A DNA stretch of 64,000 nucleotides from Eledone cirrhosa (GCA_964016885.1 OZ024740.1:435426001-435490000); one strand, 5' to 3'. Numbered from the stretch's first letter, positions 26,663 through 41,700 are shown. Numbers and translations: made by a program. Notes: generated by a model from the sequence alone, not told the origin.

Positions 26663-26835
26663 ACTATCATAATCATCATCATCACTATCACTACCATCAC
26701 AACCACCATCACCATCACCATCATCACCATCACCACCATCACCACCATCACCACCATCACCACCATCACCACCACCACTGCCATCATCATCATCATCACC
26801 ACCACCAACACCACTATCACCGCCACTATCACCAT
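26663..26835. repeat. (CAC/CAT)n microsatellite
   Basis: Direct inspection. Confidence 0.9.
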
Positions 26836-27130
26836 GGTGGAGGTACTGTAGTGGAACTGGTGTGGTGGAGGTTAAAGTGTCATATATAATACTTTAAGTA
26901 GGATTATTTCAGAAAATATTTGTTGTTTCTTTTGACCCCCCACCCCCCCGTTTCTCAGGTCCACCCAGAACCAGCATACCTATAGTCAAAGGTCAAGACC
27001 ATTTTATCTCTTGAGATGGTCAGCTGGCAATTGAGAGAGAGGAGATTTCACTACTGTTTCTAGCAGTGTGACCAACTGGTGAAATAATTAATAATTTTGG
27101 TAAATCCCTTAATATTCTTCATTAAGATAG

Positions 27131-27807
27131 GTGGACTGGCAGTATCGGTAGAGGGTCGGACACCATGCTAGGGCAGTGGACTGGCAGTATCGGTAGAGGG
27201 TCGGACACCATGCTAGGGCAGTGAACTGTCAGTATCGGTAGAGGGTCGGACACCATGCTAGGGCAGTGAACTGGCAGTATCGGTAGAGGGTCGGACACCA
27301 TGCTAGGGCAGTGAACTGGTAGTATCGGTAGAGGGTCGGACACCATGCTAGGGCAGTGGACTGGTAGTATCAGTAGAGGGTCGGACACCATGCTAGGGCA
27401 GTGAACTGGCAGTATCGGTAGAGGGTCGGACACCATGCTAGGGCAGTGAACTGGCAGTATCGGTAGAGGGTCGGACACCATGCTAGGGCAGTGGACTGGT
27501 AGTATCGGTAGAGGGTCGGACACCATGCTAGGGCAGTGAACTGGCAGTATCGGTAGAGGGTCGGACACCATGCTAGGGCAGTGAACTGGCAGTATCGGTA
27601 GAGGGTCGGACACCATGCTAGGGCAGTGGACTGGCAGTATCGGTAGAGGGTCGGACACCATGCTTTGACTCAAACAGTTACACCCCTTCCCATTCTGAGT
27701 TCAAATCCCACCGAGTTTAACTTTGCCTTTCATCCTTACGGGGTCAATGAAATAAAGTACCGGTCATGTACTGGGTTATTGCTGGCCTTGTGCCAAAAGT
27801 AGAAACA
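27131..27807 (+). mobile_element. tRNA-derived SINE with 12 tandem 45-bp A-box heads, 10-bp TSD
   Basis: Unit GTG(G/A)ACTGGCAGTATCGGTAGAGGGTCGGACACCATGCTAGGGCA over 27131-27664; last A box 27632-27643; B box GAGTTCAAATCC 27697-27708; TSD ATTAAGATAG at 27121-27130 and 27808-27817. Confidence 0.92.
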
Positions 27808-27866
27808 ATTAAGATAGTGTATTTCATTAGGAATGCAATCATGAAAAGGTTAAAGCAATGTGTATT

Positions 27867-27868
<2 letters not shown>

Positions 27869-27938
<70 letters not shown>
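27869..27938. repeat. (TG)n microsatellite
   Basis: Direct inspection. Confidence 0.95.
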
Positions 27939-27940
<2 letters not shown>

Positions 27941-28060
27941 GTGGATATACTTATATCTACATGGGGTTGTACGGATATTTAAATATATAAACTGATTATA
28001 ATTGTATAATTAGTGTGTATATGCATATAAATATTTGTATAGATTGTATATATGTATATA

Positions 28061-29660
28061 GATTGACGAATATAGGGTCCAAGAGGCGATCAAGGAAATG
28101 AAAAATGGTAAGGCTGCTGGATCATCGGGGATAGTTGCTGAGATGCTGAAGGCATCAGGGGACGTAGGCACTAAACTGGTTGCACGCATCATCAATCAGG
28201 CTATATATGGTGGTGTCATACCCAAAGACTGGTGCAGCAGTATTCTCATAAATTGCTACAAAGGTAAAGGGGATGCTTTGGAGAGGAGTAATTATATGGG
28301 TATAAAACTGATGGATCAGGTTATGAAAGTGGCAGAAAGGATATTAGCACAACTAATTAGAGAAAGGGTCAAACTAGATGAGATGCAGTCTGGTTTTGTG
28401 CCTAGGAAGAGTACAACAGAGGCCCTCTTCTTGGTGAGACAATTACAAGAGAGGTTCTTAGAGAAAAATAAGCCACTATACTTAGCCTTTGTTGACCTAG
28501 AGAAGGCCTTTGATAGGGTACCCCGATCTGTCATCTAGTGGTCCCTAAGGAAGCTCGGTGTTGAGGAATGGCTTGTGAGGACAGTGCAAACTTTGTACAG
28601 AGGTACTCTCAGTAAAGTCAGGGTAGGAATGGAGTTTAGTGAGGAATTCCAGATACAAGTAGGAGTACATCAGGGTTCGGTCCTCAGCCTGCTCTTGTTC
28701 ATTATAGTCCTCCAAGCCATATCAGAGGAGTTTAAGACTGGCTGTCCATGGGAACTTCTCTATGCTGACGATCTGGTTCTTATAGCAGAATAAGTAGAGG
28801 AGCTAGAGAATAAATTCTGGCTATGGAAACAGCAGTGGGAATCAAGAGGATTTAGAGTGAACCTAGCTAAGACAAAACTCTGATTCCGTCAGGGAAATGG
28901 CCATGTTCGATATGCAGAAAAGGAACTGGCATAAATTCTATAAAATGCACACAATGCAGATCCTGGGTACACAAGAGATGTAGTGGAATAGCAGGCAAAC
29001 TAACAGGTAGGGAGAAATATGTATGCAGTAGATGTATAGGGAAATTAGACAGTAAAAGTCGCATTGATAGACACATTTTTCAAATGCAGGCGGGTGCTAT
29101 AGAAGCAGTTGATAGCTTCTGGTACCTAGGAGATCAGATTAGCATGGGAGGGGGGGTGTTCCGAGGCCATAGTATCTAGAAAGGGACGGGTTGGAAGAAG
29201 TTTAGGGAGGTGCTTCCTCTGCTGACGAAGAAGGGTTTCTCCCTGCGTACGAAAGGCCGGTTATATGATGCCTGCATGAGATGCGCGATGCTGCATGGTA
29301 GTGAGACATGGGCAGCAACTGCAGAGGACATGCGACGGCTGGAGAGAAATGAGGCAAGCATGCTCCGTTGGATGTGCAGTGTAAATGTGCATGTACGACC
29401 CAGCATGAATGTGTTGAGAGAGAAACTGTGTCTGAAAGGGATAGAATGTAGAGTACGGGAGAGGAGACTGAGGTGGTATGGACATGTGATGCGCATGTAG
29501 ACCACGAAAAACATGGGCAGAGGTGGTGAGAACAGACCTCAGATCATTGAAGCTCACGGTGGAGATGACGAAGGACCGTGACAAGTGGAGAGATGCTGTG
29601 CTGAATAAGACCCGTCCCACCCTTGCAAGCAGGGAAGAGCAGACGTAAAATGATGATGAT
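28061..29660 (+). mobile_element. RTE-clade LINE, 5'-truncated, degenerate RT plus PHD-type finger, (GAT)n tail
   Basis: MKNGKAAG..YKGKGD..FVDLEKAFDRVP..GVHQGSVLS..LLYADDL..RLRWYGHVMRM; stops at 28536 and 28791, frameshifts; ends GACGTAAAATGATGATGAT. Confidence 0.95.
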
Positions 29661-29733
29661 GTGTATACACAGACACACATATACACACACACACATGGAA
29701 AATACATCAAATGATTATGATTATATGACATTA

Positions 29734-32700
29734 TGGTGTATATGTGGTAGTGGTGGTGGTGTATATGTGGTAGTGGTGGTGGTGTATATGTGGTAGTGGT
29801 GGTGGTGTATATGTAGTAGTGGTGGTGTATATGTAGTAGTGGTGGTGTATATGTAGTAGTGGTGGTGTATATGTAGTAGTGGTGGTGTATATGTAGTAGA
29901 GGTGGTGTATATGTAGTGGTGGTAGTGTATATGTAGTGGTGGTGGTGTATATGTAGTGGTGGTGGTGTATATGTAGTGGTGGTGTATATGTAGTGGTGGT
30001 GGTGTATATGTAGTAGTAGTGGTGTATATGTAGTAGTGATGGTGTATATGTAGTGGTGGTGGTGTATATGTGGTAGTGGTGGTGTATATGTAGTAGTGGT
30101 GGTGTATATGTAGTTGTGGTGGTGTATATGTAGTGGTGGTGGTGTATATGTAGTGGTGGTGGTGGTGTATATGTAGTGGTGGTGGTGGTGTATATGTAGT
30201 GGTGGTGGTGTATATGTAGTGGTGGTGGTGTATATGTAGTAGTGGTGGTGTATATGTAGTAGTGGTGGTGTATATGTAGTAGAGGTGGTGTATATGTAGT
30301 GGTGGTGGTGTATATGTAGTGGTGGTGGTGTATATGTAGTGGTGGTGGTGTATATGTAGTGGTGGTGTATATGTAGTGGTGGTGGTGTATATGTAGTAGT
30401 AGTGGTGTATATGTAGTGGAGGTAGTGGTGTATATGTAGTGGAGGTAGTGGTGTATATGTAGTGGAGGTAGTGGTGTATATGTAGTGGAGGTAGTGGTGT
30501 ATATGTAGTGGAGGTGGTGGTGTATATGTAGTGGAGGTGGTGTATATGTAGTGGTGGTGGTGTATATGTAGTGGTGGTGGTGTGTATGTAGTGGTGTATA
30601 TGTAGTAGTGGTGGTGTATATGTAGTGGTGGTGGTGTATATGTAGTAGTGGTGTATATGTAGTGGTGGTGGTGTATATGTAGTGGTGGTGGTGTATATGT
30701 AGTAGTGGTGGTGTATATGTAGTAGTGGTTGTGTATATGTAGTAGAGGTGGTGTATATGTAGTGGTGGTGGTGTATATGTAGTGGTGGTGGTGTATATGT
30801 AGTGGTGGTGGTGTATATGTAGTGGTGGTGTATATGTAGTGGTGGTGGTGTATATGTAGTAGTAGTGGTGTATATGTAGTGGAGGTAGTGGTGTATATGT
30901 AGTGGAGGTAGTGGTGTATATGTAGTGGAGGTAGTGGTGTATATGTAGTGGAGGTAGTGGTGTATATGTAGTGGAGGTGGTGGTGTATATGTAGTGGAGG
31001 TGGTGTATATGTAGTGGTGGTGGTGTATATGTAGTGGTGGTGGTGTGTATGTAGTGGTGTATATGTAGTAGTGGTGGTGTATATGTAGTGGTGGTGGTGT
31101 ATATGTAGTAGTGGTGTATATGTAGTGGTGGTGGTGTATATGTAGTGGTGGTGGTGTATATGTGGTAGTGGTGGTGTATATGTGGTAGTGGTGGTGTATA
31201 TGTAGTAGTGGTGGTGTATATGTAGTTGTGGTGGTGTATATGTAGTGGTGGTGGTGTATATGTAGTAGTGGTGGTGGTGTATATGTTTGTAGTTGTGGTG
31301 GTGTATATGTAGTGGTGGTGGTGTATATGTAGTAGTGGTGGTGGTGTATATGTTTGTAGTTGTGGTGTATATGTAGTAGTGGTGGTGTATATGTAGTGGT
31401 GATGAATATGTAGTAGTGGTGGTGTATATGTAGTAGTAGTAGTGGTGTATATGTAGTAGTGGTGTATATGTAGTAGTGGTGGTGTTTATGTTGTTGTGGT
31501 GGTGTATATGTAGTGGTGGTGGTGTATATGTAGTGGAGGTGGTGTATATGTAGTGGTGGTGGTGTATATGTAGTGGTGGTGTATATGAAGTAGTGGTGGT
31601 GTATATGTAGTAGTAGTGGTGGTGTATATGTAGTAGTGGTGGTGGTGTATATGTGGTACTGGTGGTGGTGTATATGTAGTGGTGGTGGTGTATATATAGT
31701 AGTGGTGGTGTACATGTAGTAGTGGTGGTGTATATGTAGTAGTAGTGGTGTATATGTAGTGGTGGTGGTGTATATGTAGTAGTGGTGGTGTATATGTAGT
31801 AGTGGTGGTGTATATGTAGTAGTGGTGGTGTATATGTAGTGGTGGTGGTGTATATGTAGTAGTGGTGGTGCATATGTAGTGGTGGTGGTGTATATGTAGT
31901 GGTGGTGGTGTATATGTAATGGTGGTGGTGTATATGTAGTAGTAGTAGTAGTGGTGTATATGTAGTGGTGGTGTATATGTAGTAGTGGTGGTGTATATGT
32001 ATTGGTGGTGGTGGTGTATATGTGGTACTGGTGGTGGTGTATATGTAGTGGTGGTGGTGGTGTATATGTGGTACTGGTGGTGGTGTATATGTAGTGGTGG
32101 TGGTGTATATATAGTAGTGGTGGTGTACATGTAGTAGTGGTGGTGTATATGTAGTAGTAGTGGTGTATATGTAGTGGTGATGTATATGTAGTGGTGGTGG
32201 TGTATATGTAGTAGTGGTGGTGTATATGTAGTAGTGGTGGTGTATATGTAGTGGTGGTGGTGTATATGTAGTGGTGGTGGTGTATATGTAGTGATGGTGG
32301 TGTATATGTAGTGGTGGTGGTGTATGTGTAGTGGTGGTGGTGTATATGTCGTGGTGGTGGTGTATATGTAGTAGTAGTAGTGGTGTATATGTAGTGGTGG
32401 TGGTGTATATGTAGTGGTGGTGGTGTATATGTAATGGAGGTGGTGTATATGTAGTGGTGGTGGTGTATATGTAGTAGTGGTGGTGTATATGTAGTAGTGG
32501 TGGTGTATATGTAGTGGTGGTGGTGTATATGTAGTAGTGGTGGTGTATATGTAGTAGTGGTGGTGTATATGTAGTGGAGGTGGTGGTGTATATGTAGTAG
32601 TGGTGGTGGTGTATATGTAGTGGTGGTGGTGTATATGTAGTGGTGGTGGTGTATATGTAGTGGAGGTGGTGTATATGTAGTGGAGGTGGTGTATATGTAG

Positions 32701-35700
32701 TAGTGGTGGTGTATATGTAGTGGTGGTGGTGTATATGTAGTAGTGATGGTGTATATGTAGTAGTGATGGTGCATATGTGGTAGTGGTGGTGTATATGTAG
32801 TGGTGGTGGTGTATATGTGGTAGTAGTGGTGTATATGTAGTGGTGGTGGTGTATATGTAGTGGAGGTGGTGTATATGTAGTAGTGGAGGTGGTGTATATG
32901 TAGTAGTGGTGGTGGTGTATATGTAGTAGTGGTGGTGGTGTATATGTAGTAGTGATGGTGCATATGTGGTAGTGGTGGTGTATATGTAGTGGTGGTGGTG
33001 TATATGTAGTGGAGGTGGTGTATATGTAGTGGTGGTGTATATGTAGTGGTGGTGGTGTATTTGTAGTGGTGGTGGTGTATATGTAGTGGTGGTGGTGTAT
33101 ATGCAGTGGTGGTGGTGTATATGTAGTGGTGGTGGTGTATATGTAGTTGTGGAGGTGTATATGTAGTGGTGGTGGTGTATATGTAGTGGTGGTGTATATG
33201 TAGTGGTGGTGTTGTATATGTAGTGGTGGTGGTGTATATGTAGTGGTGGTGGTGTATATGTAGTGGAGCTGGTGTATATGTAGTGGTGGTGGTGTATATG
33301 TAGTGGTGGTGTATATGTAGTGGTGGTGGTGTATCTGTAGTGGTGGTGGTGTATATGTAGTGGTGGTGGTGTATATGTAGTGGTGGTGGTGTATATGTAG
33401 TGGTGGTGTATATGTAGTAGTGGTGGTGTATATGTAGTAGTGGTGGTGTATATGTAGTGGTGGTGGTGTATATGTAGTGGTGGCGTATATGTAGTAGTGG
33501 TGGTGTATATGTAGTGGTGGTGGTGTATATGTAGTGGTGGTGTATATGTGGTAGTGGTGGTGGTGTATATGTAGTGGTGGTGGTGTATATATGGTAGTGG
33601 TGGTGTATATGTAGTGGTGGTGGTGTATATGTAGTGGTGGTGGTGTATATGTAGTGGTTGTGGTGTATATGTAGTAGAGGTGGTGTATATGTAGTGGTGG
33701 TGGTGTATATGTAGTGGTGGTGGTGTATGTGTAGTGGTGGTGGTGTATATGTAGTGGTGGTGTATATGTAGTGGTGGTGGTGTATATGTAGTTGTTGGTG
33801 GTGTATATGTAGTGGTGGTGGTGTATGTGTAGTGGTGGTAGTGTATGTGTAGTGGTGGTGGTGTATATGTAGTAGTGGTGGCAGTGTATATGTAGTAGTG
33901 GTGGTGTATATGTAGTGGTGGTGGTGTATGTGTAGTGGTGGTAGTGGTGGTGGTGTATATGTAGTGGTGGTGGTGTATATGTGGTAGTGGTGGTGTATAT
34001 GTAGTGGTGGTGGTGTATATGTGGTAGTGGTGGTGTATATGTAGTGGTGGTGGTGTATATGTAGTGGTGGTGGTGTATATGTAGTGGTGGTGTATATGTA
34101 GTTGTGGTTGTGTATATGTAGTGGTGGCGGTGTATATGTAGTGGTGGTGGTGTATATGTAGTGGTGGTGGTGTATATGTAGTGGTGGTGTATATGTAGTG
34201 GTGGAGGTGTATATGTAGTGGTGGCGGTGTATATGTAGTAGTGGTGGTGTATATGTAGTGGTGGTGGTGTATATGTAGTGGTGGTGGTGTATATGTAGTG
34301 GTGGTGGTGTATATGTAGTGGTGGCGGTGTATATGTAGTGGTGGCGGTGTATATGTAGTGGTGGCGGTGTATAGGTAGTGGTGGCGGTGTATATGTAGTG
34401 GTGGTGGTGTATATGTAGTGGTGGTGGTGTATATGTAGTGGTGGTGTATATGTAGTGGTGGTGTATATGTAGTAGTGGTGTATATGTAGTAGTGGTGTAT
34501 ATGCAGTGGTGGTGGTGTATATGTAGTGGTGGTGGTGTATATGTAGTGGTGGCGGTGTATATGTAGTGGTGGCGGTGTATATGTAGTGGTGGTGGTGTAT
34601 ATGTAGTGGTGGTGGTGTATATGTAGTGGTGGTGGTGTATATGTAGTGATGGTGGTGGTGTATATGTAGTGGTGGTGGTGTATATGTAGTGGTGGTGGTG
34701 TATATGTAGTGGTGGTGGTGTATATGTAGTAGTGGTGGTGGTGTATATGTAGTGGTGGTGGTGTATATGTAGTGGTGGTGGTGTATATGTAGTTGTGGTG
34801 GTGTATATGTAGTGGTGGTGGTGTATATGTAGTGGTGATGGTGTATATGTAGTGGTGGTGGTGTATATGTAGTGGTGGTGGTGTATATGTAGTGGTGGTG
34901 GTGTATATGTAGTGGTGATGGTGTATATGTAGTGGTGGTGGTGTATATGTAGTGGTGGTGGTGTATATGTAGTGGTGGTGGTGTATATGTAGTGGTGGTG
35001 GTGTATATGTAGTGGTGGTGGTGTATATGTAGTGGTGGTGGTGTATATGTAGTGGTGGTGGTGTATATGTAGTGGTGGTGGTGTATATGTAGTGGTGGTG
35101 GTGTATATGTAGTGGTGGTGGTGTATATGTAGTGGTGGTGGTGTATATGTAGTGGTGATGGTGTATATGTAGTGGTGGTGGTGGTGGTGTATATGTAGTA
35201 GTGGTGGTGTATATGTAGTGGTGGCGGTGTATATGTAGTGGTGGTGGTGTATATGTAGTGGTGTTGGTGTATATGTAGTGGTGATGGTGTATATGTAGTG
35301 GTGGTGGTGTATATGTAGTGGTGGCGGTGTATATGTAGTTGTGGTGGTGTATATGTAGTGGTGGTGGTGTATATGTAGTAGTAGTGGTGTATATGCAGTG
35401 GTGGTGGTGTATATGTAGTGGTGGTGGTGTATATGTAGTGGTGGTGGTGTATATGTAGTAGTAGTGGTGTATATGCAGTGGTGGTGGTGTATATGTAGTG
35501 GTGGTGGTGTATATGTAGTGGTGGCGGTGTATATGTAGTGGTGGTGGTGTATATGTAGTGGTGGCGGTGTACATGTAGTGGTGGTGGTGTATATGTAGTG
35601 GTGGTGGTGTATATGTAGTGGTGGCGGTGTATATGTAGTGGTGGTGGTGTATATGTAGTGGTAGTGGTGTATATGTAGTGGTGGCGGTGTATATGCAGTG

Positions 35701-38700
35701 GTGGTGGTGTATATGTACTGGTGCTGGTGTATATGTAGTGGTGGTGATGGTGTATATGTAGTAATGGTGGTGTATATGTAGTGGAGGTGGTGTATATGTA
35801 GTGGTGGTGGTGTATATGTAGTGGTGGCGGTGTATATGTAGTGGTGGGGGTGTATATGTAGTGGTGGTGGTGGTGTATATGTAGTAGTGGTGGTGTATAT
35901 GTAGTGGAGGTGGTGTATATGTACTGGTGGTGGTGTATATGTAGTAGTGGTGGTGGTGTATATGTAGTAGTGGTGGTGGTGTATATGTAGTGGTGATGGT
36001 GTATATGTAGTAGTGGTGGTGTATATGTAGTGGTGGTGGTGTATATGTAGTAGTGGTGGTGTATATGTAGTGGAGGTAGTGGTGTATATGTAGTAGTGGT
36101 GGTGGTGTATATGTGGTAGTGGTGGTGGTGTATATGTAGTGGTGGTGGTGTATATGTAGTGGTGGTGGTGTATATATAGTAGTGGTGGTGTATATGTAGT
36201 AGTGGTGGTGTATATGTAGTAGTGGTGATGTATATGTAGTGATGGTGGTGTATGTGTAGTGGTGGTGTATGTGTAGTGGTGGTGTATATGTAGTGGTGGC
36301 GGTGTATATGTAGTGGTGGTGTATATGTAGTGGTGGTGTATATGTAGTAGTGGTGTATATGTAGTAGTGGTGGTGTATATGTTGTTGTGGTGGTGTATAT
36401 GTAGTGGTGGTGGTGTATATGTAGTAGTAGTGGTGTATATGTAGTGGTGGTGTATATGTAGTGGTGGTGTATATGTAGTAGTGGTGGTGTATATGTAGTG
36501 GTGGTGGTGTATATGTAGTGGTGGTGGTGTATATGTAGTGGTGGTGTATATGTAGTGGTGGTGTATATGTAGCAGTGGTGGTGTATATGTAGTGGTGGTG
36601 GTGTATATGTAGTGCTGGTGTATATGTAGCAGTGGTGGTGTATATGTAGTGGTGGTGGTGTATATGTAGTGGTGGTGGTGTATATGTAGTAGTAGTGGTG
36701 TATATGTAGTGGTGGTGGTGTATATGTAGTGGTGGTGTATATGTAGTAGTAGTGGTGTATATGTAGTGGTGGTGGTGTATATGTAGTAGTAGTAGTGTAT
36801 ATGTAGTGGTGGTGTATATGTAGTGGTGGTGGTGTATATGTAGTAGTGGTGGTGGTGTATATGTAGTGCTGGTGGTGTATATGTAGTGGTGGTGGTGTAT
36901 ATGTAGTAGTGGTGGTGGTGTATATGTAGTGGTGGTGGTGTATATGTAGTAGTGGTGGTGGTGTATATGTAGTAGTGGTGGTGGTGTATATGTAGTGGTG
37001 GTGATGTATATGTAGTAGTGGTGGTGTATATGTAGTTGTGGTGGTGTATATGTAGTTGTGGTGGTGTATATGTAGTGGTGGAGGTGTATATGTAGTGGAG
37101 GTGGTGTATATGTAGTGGTGGGGGTGTATATGTAGTAGTGGTGGTGTATATGTAGTAGTGGTGGTGTGTATGTAGTAGTGGTGGTGGTGTATATGTAGTA
37201 GTGGTGGTGGTGTATATGTGGTACTGGTGGTGGTGTATATGTAGTGGTGGTGGTGTATATATAGTAGTGGTGGTGTATATGTAGTAGTGGTGGTGTATAT
37301 GTAGTAGTAGTGGTGTATATGTAGTGGTGGTGGTGTATATATAGTAGTGGTGGTGTATATGTGGTGGTGTATATGTAGTGGTGGTGGTGTATATGTAGTC
37401 GTGGTGGTGTATATGTAGTGGTGGTGTATATGTAGTGGTGGTGGTGTATATGTAGTGGTGGTGTATATGTAGTGGTGGTGGTGTATATGTAGTGGTGGTG
37501 TATATGTAGGGGTGGTGGTGTATATGTAGTAGTAGTGGTGTATATGTAGTGGTGGTGGTGTATATGTAGTTGTGGTGGTGTATATGTAGTAGTGGTGGTG
37601 TATATGTAGTGGTGGTGGTGTATATGTAGTAGTAGTGGTGTATATGTAGTAGTGGTGTATATGTAGTAGTGGTGTATATGTAGTAGTGGTGTATATGTAG
37701 TAGTGGTGTATATGTAGTAGTGGTGTATATGTAGTAGTGGTGGTGTATATGTAGTAGTGGTGGTGTATATGTAGTGGTGGTGGTGTATATGTGGTAGTGG
37801 TGGTGTATATGTAGTGGTGGTGGTGTATATGTGGTAGTGGTGGTGTATATGTAGTGGTGGTGGTGTATATGTAGTGGTGGTGGTGTATATGTAGTGGTGG
37901 TGTATATGTAGTTGTGGTTGTGTATATGTAGTGGTGGCGGTGTATATGTAGTGGTGGTGGTGTATATGTAGTGGTGGTGGTGTATATGTAGTGGTGGTGT
38001 ATATGTAGTGGTGGAGGTGTATATGTAGTGGTGGCGGTGTATATGTAGTAGTGGCGGTGTATATGTAGTGGTGGTGGTGTATATGTAGTGGTGGTGGTGT
38101 ATATGTAGTGGTGGTGGTGTATATGTAGTGGTGGCGGTGTATATGTAGTGGTGGCGGTGTATATGTAGTGGTGGCGGTGTATAGGTAGTGGTGGCGGTGT
38201 ATATGTAGTGGTGGTGGTGTATATGTAGTGGTGGTGGTGTATATGTAGTGGTGGTGTATATGTAGTGGTGGTGTATATGTAGTAGTGGTGTATATGTAGT
38301 AGTGGTGTATATGCAGTGGTGGTGGTGTATATGTAGTGGTGGTGGTGTATATGTAGTGGTGGCGGTGTATATGTAGTGGTGGCGGTGTATATGTAGTGGT
38401 GGTGGTGTATATGTAGTGGTGGTGGTGTATATGTAGTGGTGGTGGTGTATATGTAGTGATGGTGGTGGTGTATATGTAGTGGTGGTGGTGTATATGTAGT
38501 GGTGGTGGTGTATATGTAGTGGTGGTGGTGTATATGTAGTAGTGGTGGTGGTGTATATGTAGTGGTGGTGGTGTATATGTAGTGGTGGTGGTGTATATGT
38601 AGTTGTGGTGGTGTATATGTAGTGGTGGTGGTGTATATGTAGTGGTGATGGTGTATATGTAGTGGTGGTGGTGTATATGTAGTGGTGGTGGTGTATATGT

Positions 38701-41700
38701 AGTGGTGGTGGTGTATATGTAGTGGTGATGGTGTATATGTAGTGGTGGTGGTGTATATGTAGTGGTGGTGGTGTATATGTAGTGGTGGTGGTGTATATGT
38801 AGTGGTGGTGGTGTATATGTAGTGGTGGTGGTGTATATGTAGTGGTGGTGGTGTATATGTAGTGGTGGTGGTGTATATGTAGTGGTGGTGGTGTATATGT
38901 AGTGGTGGTGGTGTATATGTAGTGGTGGTGGTGTATATGTAGTGGTGGTGGTGTATATGTAGTGGTGATGGTGTATATGTAGTGGTGGTGGTGGTGGTGT
39001 ATATGTAGTAGTGGTGGTGTATATGTAGTGGTGGCGGTGTATATGTAGTGGTGGTGGTGTATATGTAGTGGTGTTGGTGTATATGTAGTGGTGATGGTGT
39101 ATATGTAGTGGTGGTGGTGTATATGTAGTGGTGGCGGTGTATATGTAGTTGTGGTGGTGTATATGTAGTGGTGGTGGTGTATATGTAGTAGTAGTGGTGT
39201 ATATGCAGTGGTGGTGGTGTATATGTAGTGGTGGTGGTGTATATGTAGTGGTGGTGGTGTATATGTAGTAGTAGTGGTGTATATGCAGTGGTGGTGGTGT
39301 ATATGTAGTGGTGGTGGTGTATATGTAGTGGTGGCGGTGTATATGTAGTGGTGGTGGTGTATATGTAGTGGTGGCGGTGTACATGTAGTGGTGGTGGTGT
39401 ATATGTAGTGGTGGTGGTGTATATGTAGTGGTGGCGGTGTATATGTAGTGGTGGTGGTGTATATGTAGTGGTAGTGGTGTATATGTAGTGGTGGCGGTGT
39501 ATATGCAGTGGTGGTGGTGTATATGTACTGGTGCTGGTGTATATGTAGTGGTGGTGATGGTGTATATGTAGTAATGGTGGTGTATATGTAGTGGAGGTGG
39601 TGTATATGTAGTGGTGGTGGTGTATATGTAGTGGTGGCGGTGTATATGTAGTGGTGGGGGTGTATATGTAGTGGTGGTGGTGGTGTATATGTAGTAGTGG
39701 TGGTGTATATGTAGTGGAGGTGGTGTATATGTACTGGTGGTGGTGTATATGTAGTAGTGGTGGTGGTGTATATGTAGTAGTGGTGGTGGTGTATATGTAG
39801 TGGTGATGGTGTATATGTAGTAGTGGTGGTGTATATGTAGTGGTGGTGGTGTATATGTAGTAGTGGTGGTGTATATGTAGTGGAGGTAGTGGTGTATATG
39901 TAGTAGTGGTGGTGGTGTATATGTGGTAGTGGTGGTGGTGTATATGTAGTGGTGGTGGTGTATATGTAGTGGTGGTGGTGTATATATAGTAGTGGTGGTG
40001 TATATGTAGTAGTGGTGGTGTATATGTAGTAGTGGTGGTGTATGTGTAGTGGTGGTGTATGTGTAGTGGTGGTGTATATGTAGTGGTGGCGGTGTATATG
40101 TAGTGGTGGTGTATATGTAGTGGTGGTGTATATGTAGTAGTGGTGTATATGTAGTAGTGGTGGTGTATATGTTGTTGTGGTGGTGTATATGTTGTTGTGG
40201 TGGTGTATATGTAGTGGTGGTGGTGTATATGTAGTAGTAGTGGTGTATATGTAGTGGTGGTGTATATGTAGTAGTGGTGGTGTATATGTAGTGGTGGTGG
40301 TGTATATGTAGTGGTGGTGGTGTATATGTAGTGATGGTGTATATGTAGTGGTGGTGTATATGTAGCAGTGGTGGTGTATATGTAGTGGTGGTGGTGTATA
40401 TGTAGTGCTGGTGTATATGTAGCAGTGGTGGTGTATATGTAGTGGTGGTGGTGTATATGTAGTGGTGGTGGTGTATATGTAGTAGTAGTGGTGTATATGT
40501 AGTGGTGGTGGTGTATATGTAGTGGTGGTGTATATGTAGTAGTAGTGGTGTATATGTAGTGGTGGTGGTGTATATGTAGTAGTAGTAGTGTATATGTAGT
40601 GGTGGTGTATATGTAGTGGTGGTGGTGTATATGTAGTAGTGGTGGTGGTGTATATGTAGTGCTGGTGGTGTATATGTAGTGGTGGTGGTGTATATGTAGT
40701 AGTGGTGGTGGTGTATATGTAGTGGTGGTGGTGTATATGTAGTAGTGGTGGTGGTGTATATGTAGTAGTGGTGGTGGTGTATATGTAGTGGTGGTGATGT
40801 ATATGTAGTAGTGGTGGTGTATATGTAGTTGTGGTGGTGTATATGTAGTTGTGGTGGTGTATATGTAGTGGTGGAGGTGTATATGTAGTGGAGGTGGTGT
40901 ATATGTAGTGGTGGGGGTGTATATGTAGTAGTGGTGGTGTATATGTAGTAGTGGTGGTGTGTATGTAGTAGTGGTGGTGGTGTATATGTAGTAGTGGTGG
41001 TGGTGTATATGTGGTACTGGTGGTGGTGTATATGTAGTGGTGGTGGTGTATATATAGTAGTGGTGGTGTATATGTAGTAGTGGTGGTGTATATGTAGTAG
41101 TAGTGGTGTATATGTAGTGGTGGTGGTGTATATATAGTAGTGGTGGTGTATATGTGGTGGTGTATATGTAGTGGTGGTGGTGTATATGTAGTGGTGGTGG
41201 TGTATATGTAGTGGTGGTGTATATGTAGTGGTGGTGGTGTATATGTAGTGGTGGTGTATATGTAGTGGTGGTGGTGTATATGTAGTGGTGGTGTATATGT
41301 AGGGGTGGTGGTGTATATGTAGTAGTAGTGGTGTATATGTAGTGGTGGTGGTGTATATGTAGTTGTGGTGGTGTATATGTAGTAGTGGTGGTGTATATGT
41401 AGTGGTGGTGGTGTATATGTAGTAGTAGTGGTGTATATGTAGTAGTGGTGTATATGTAGTAGTGGTGTATATGTAGTAGTGGTGTATATGTAGTAGTGGT
41501 GTATATGTAGTAGTGGTGTATATGTAGTAGTGGTGGTGTATATGTAGTAGTGGTGGTGTATATGTAGTAGTGATGGTGTATATGTAGTAGTGGTGGTGTA
41601 TATGTAGTAGTGGTGGTGTATATGTAGTGGTGGTGGTGTATATGTAGTAGTAGTGGTGTATATGTAGTAGTGGTGTATATGTAGTAGTGGTGTATATGTA

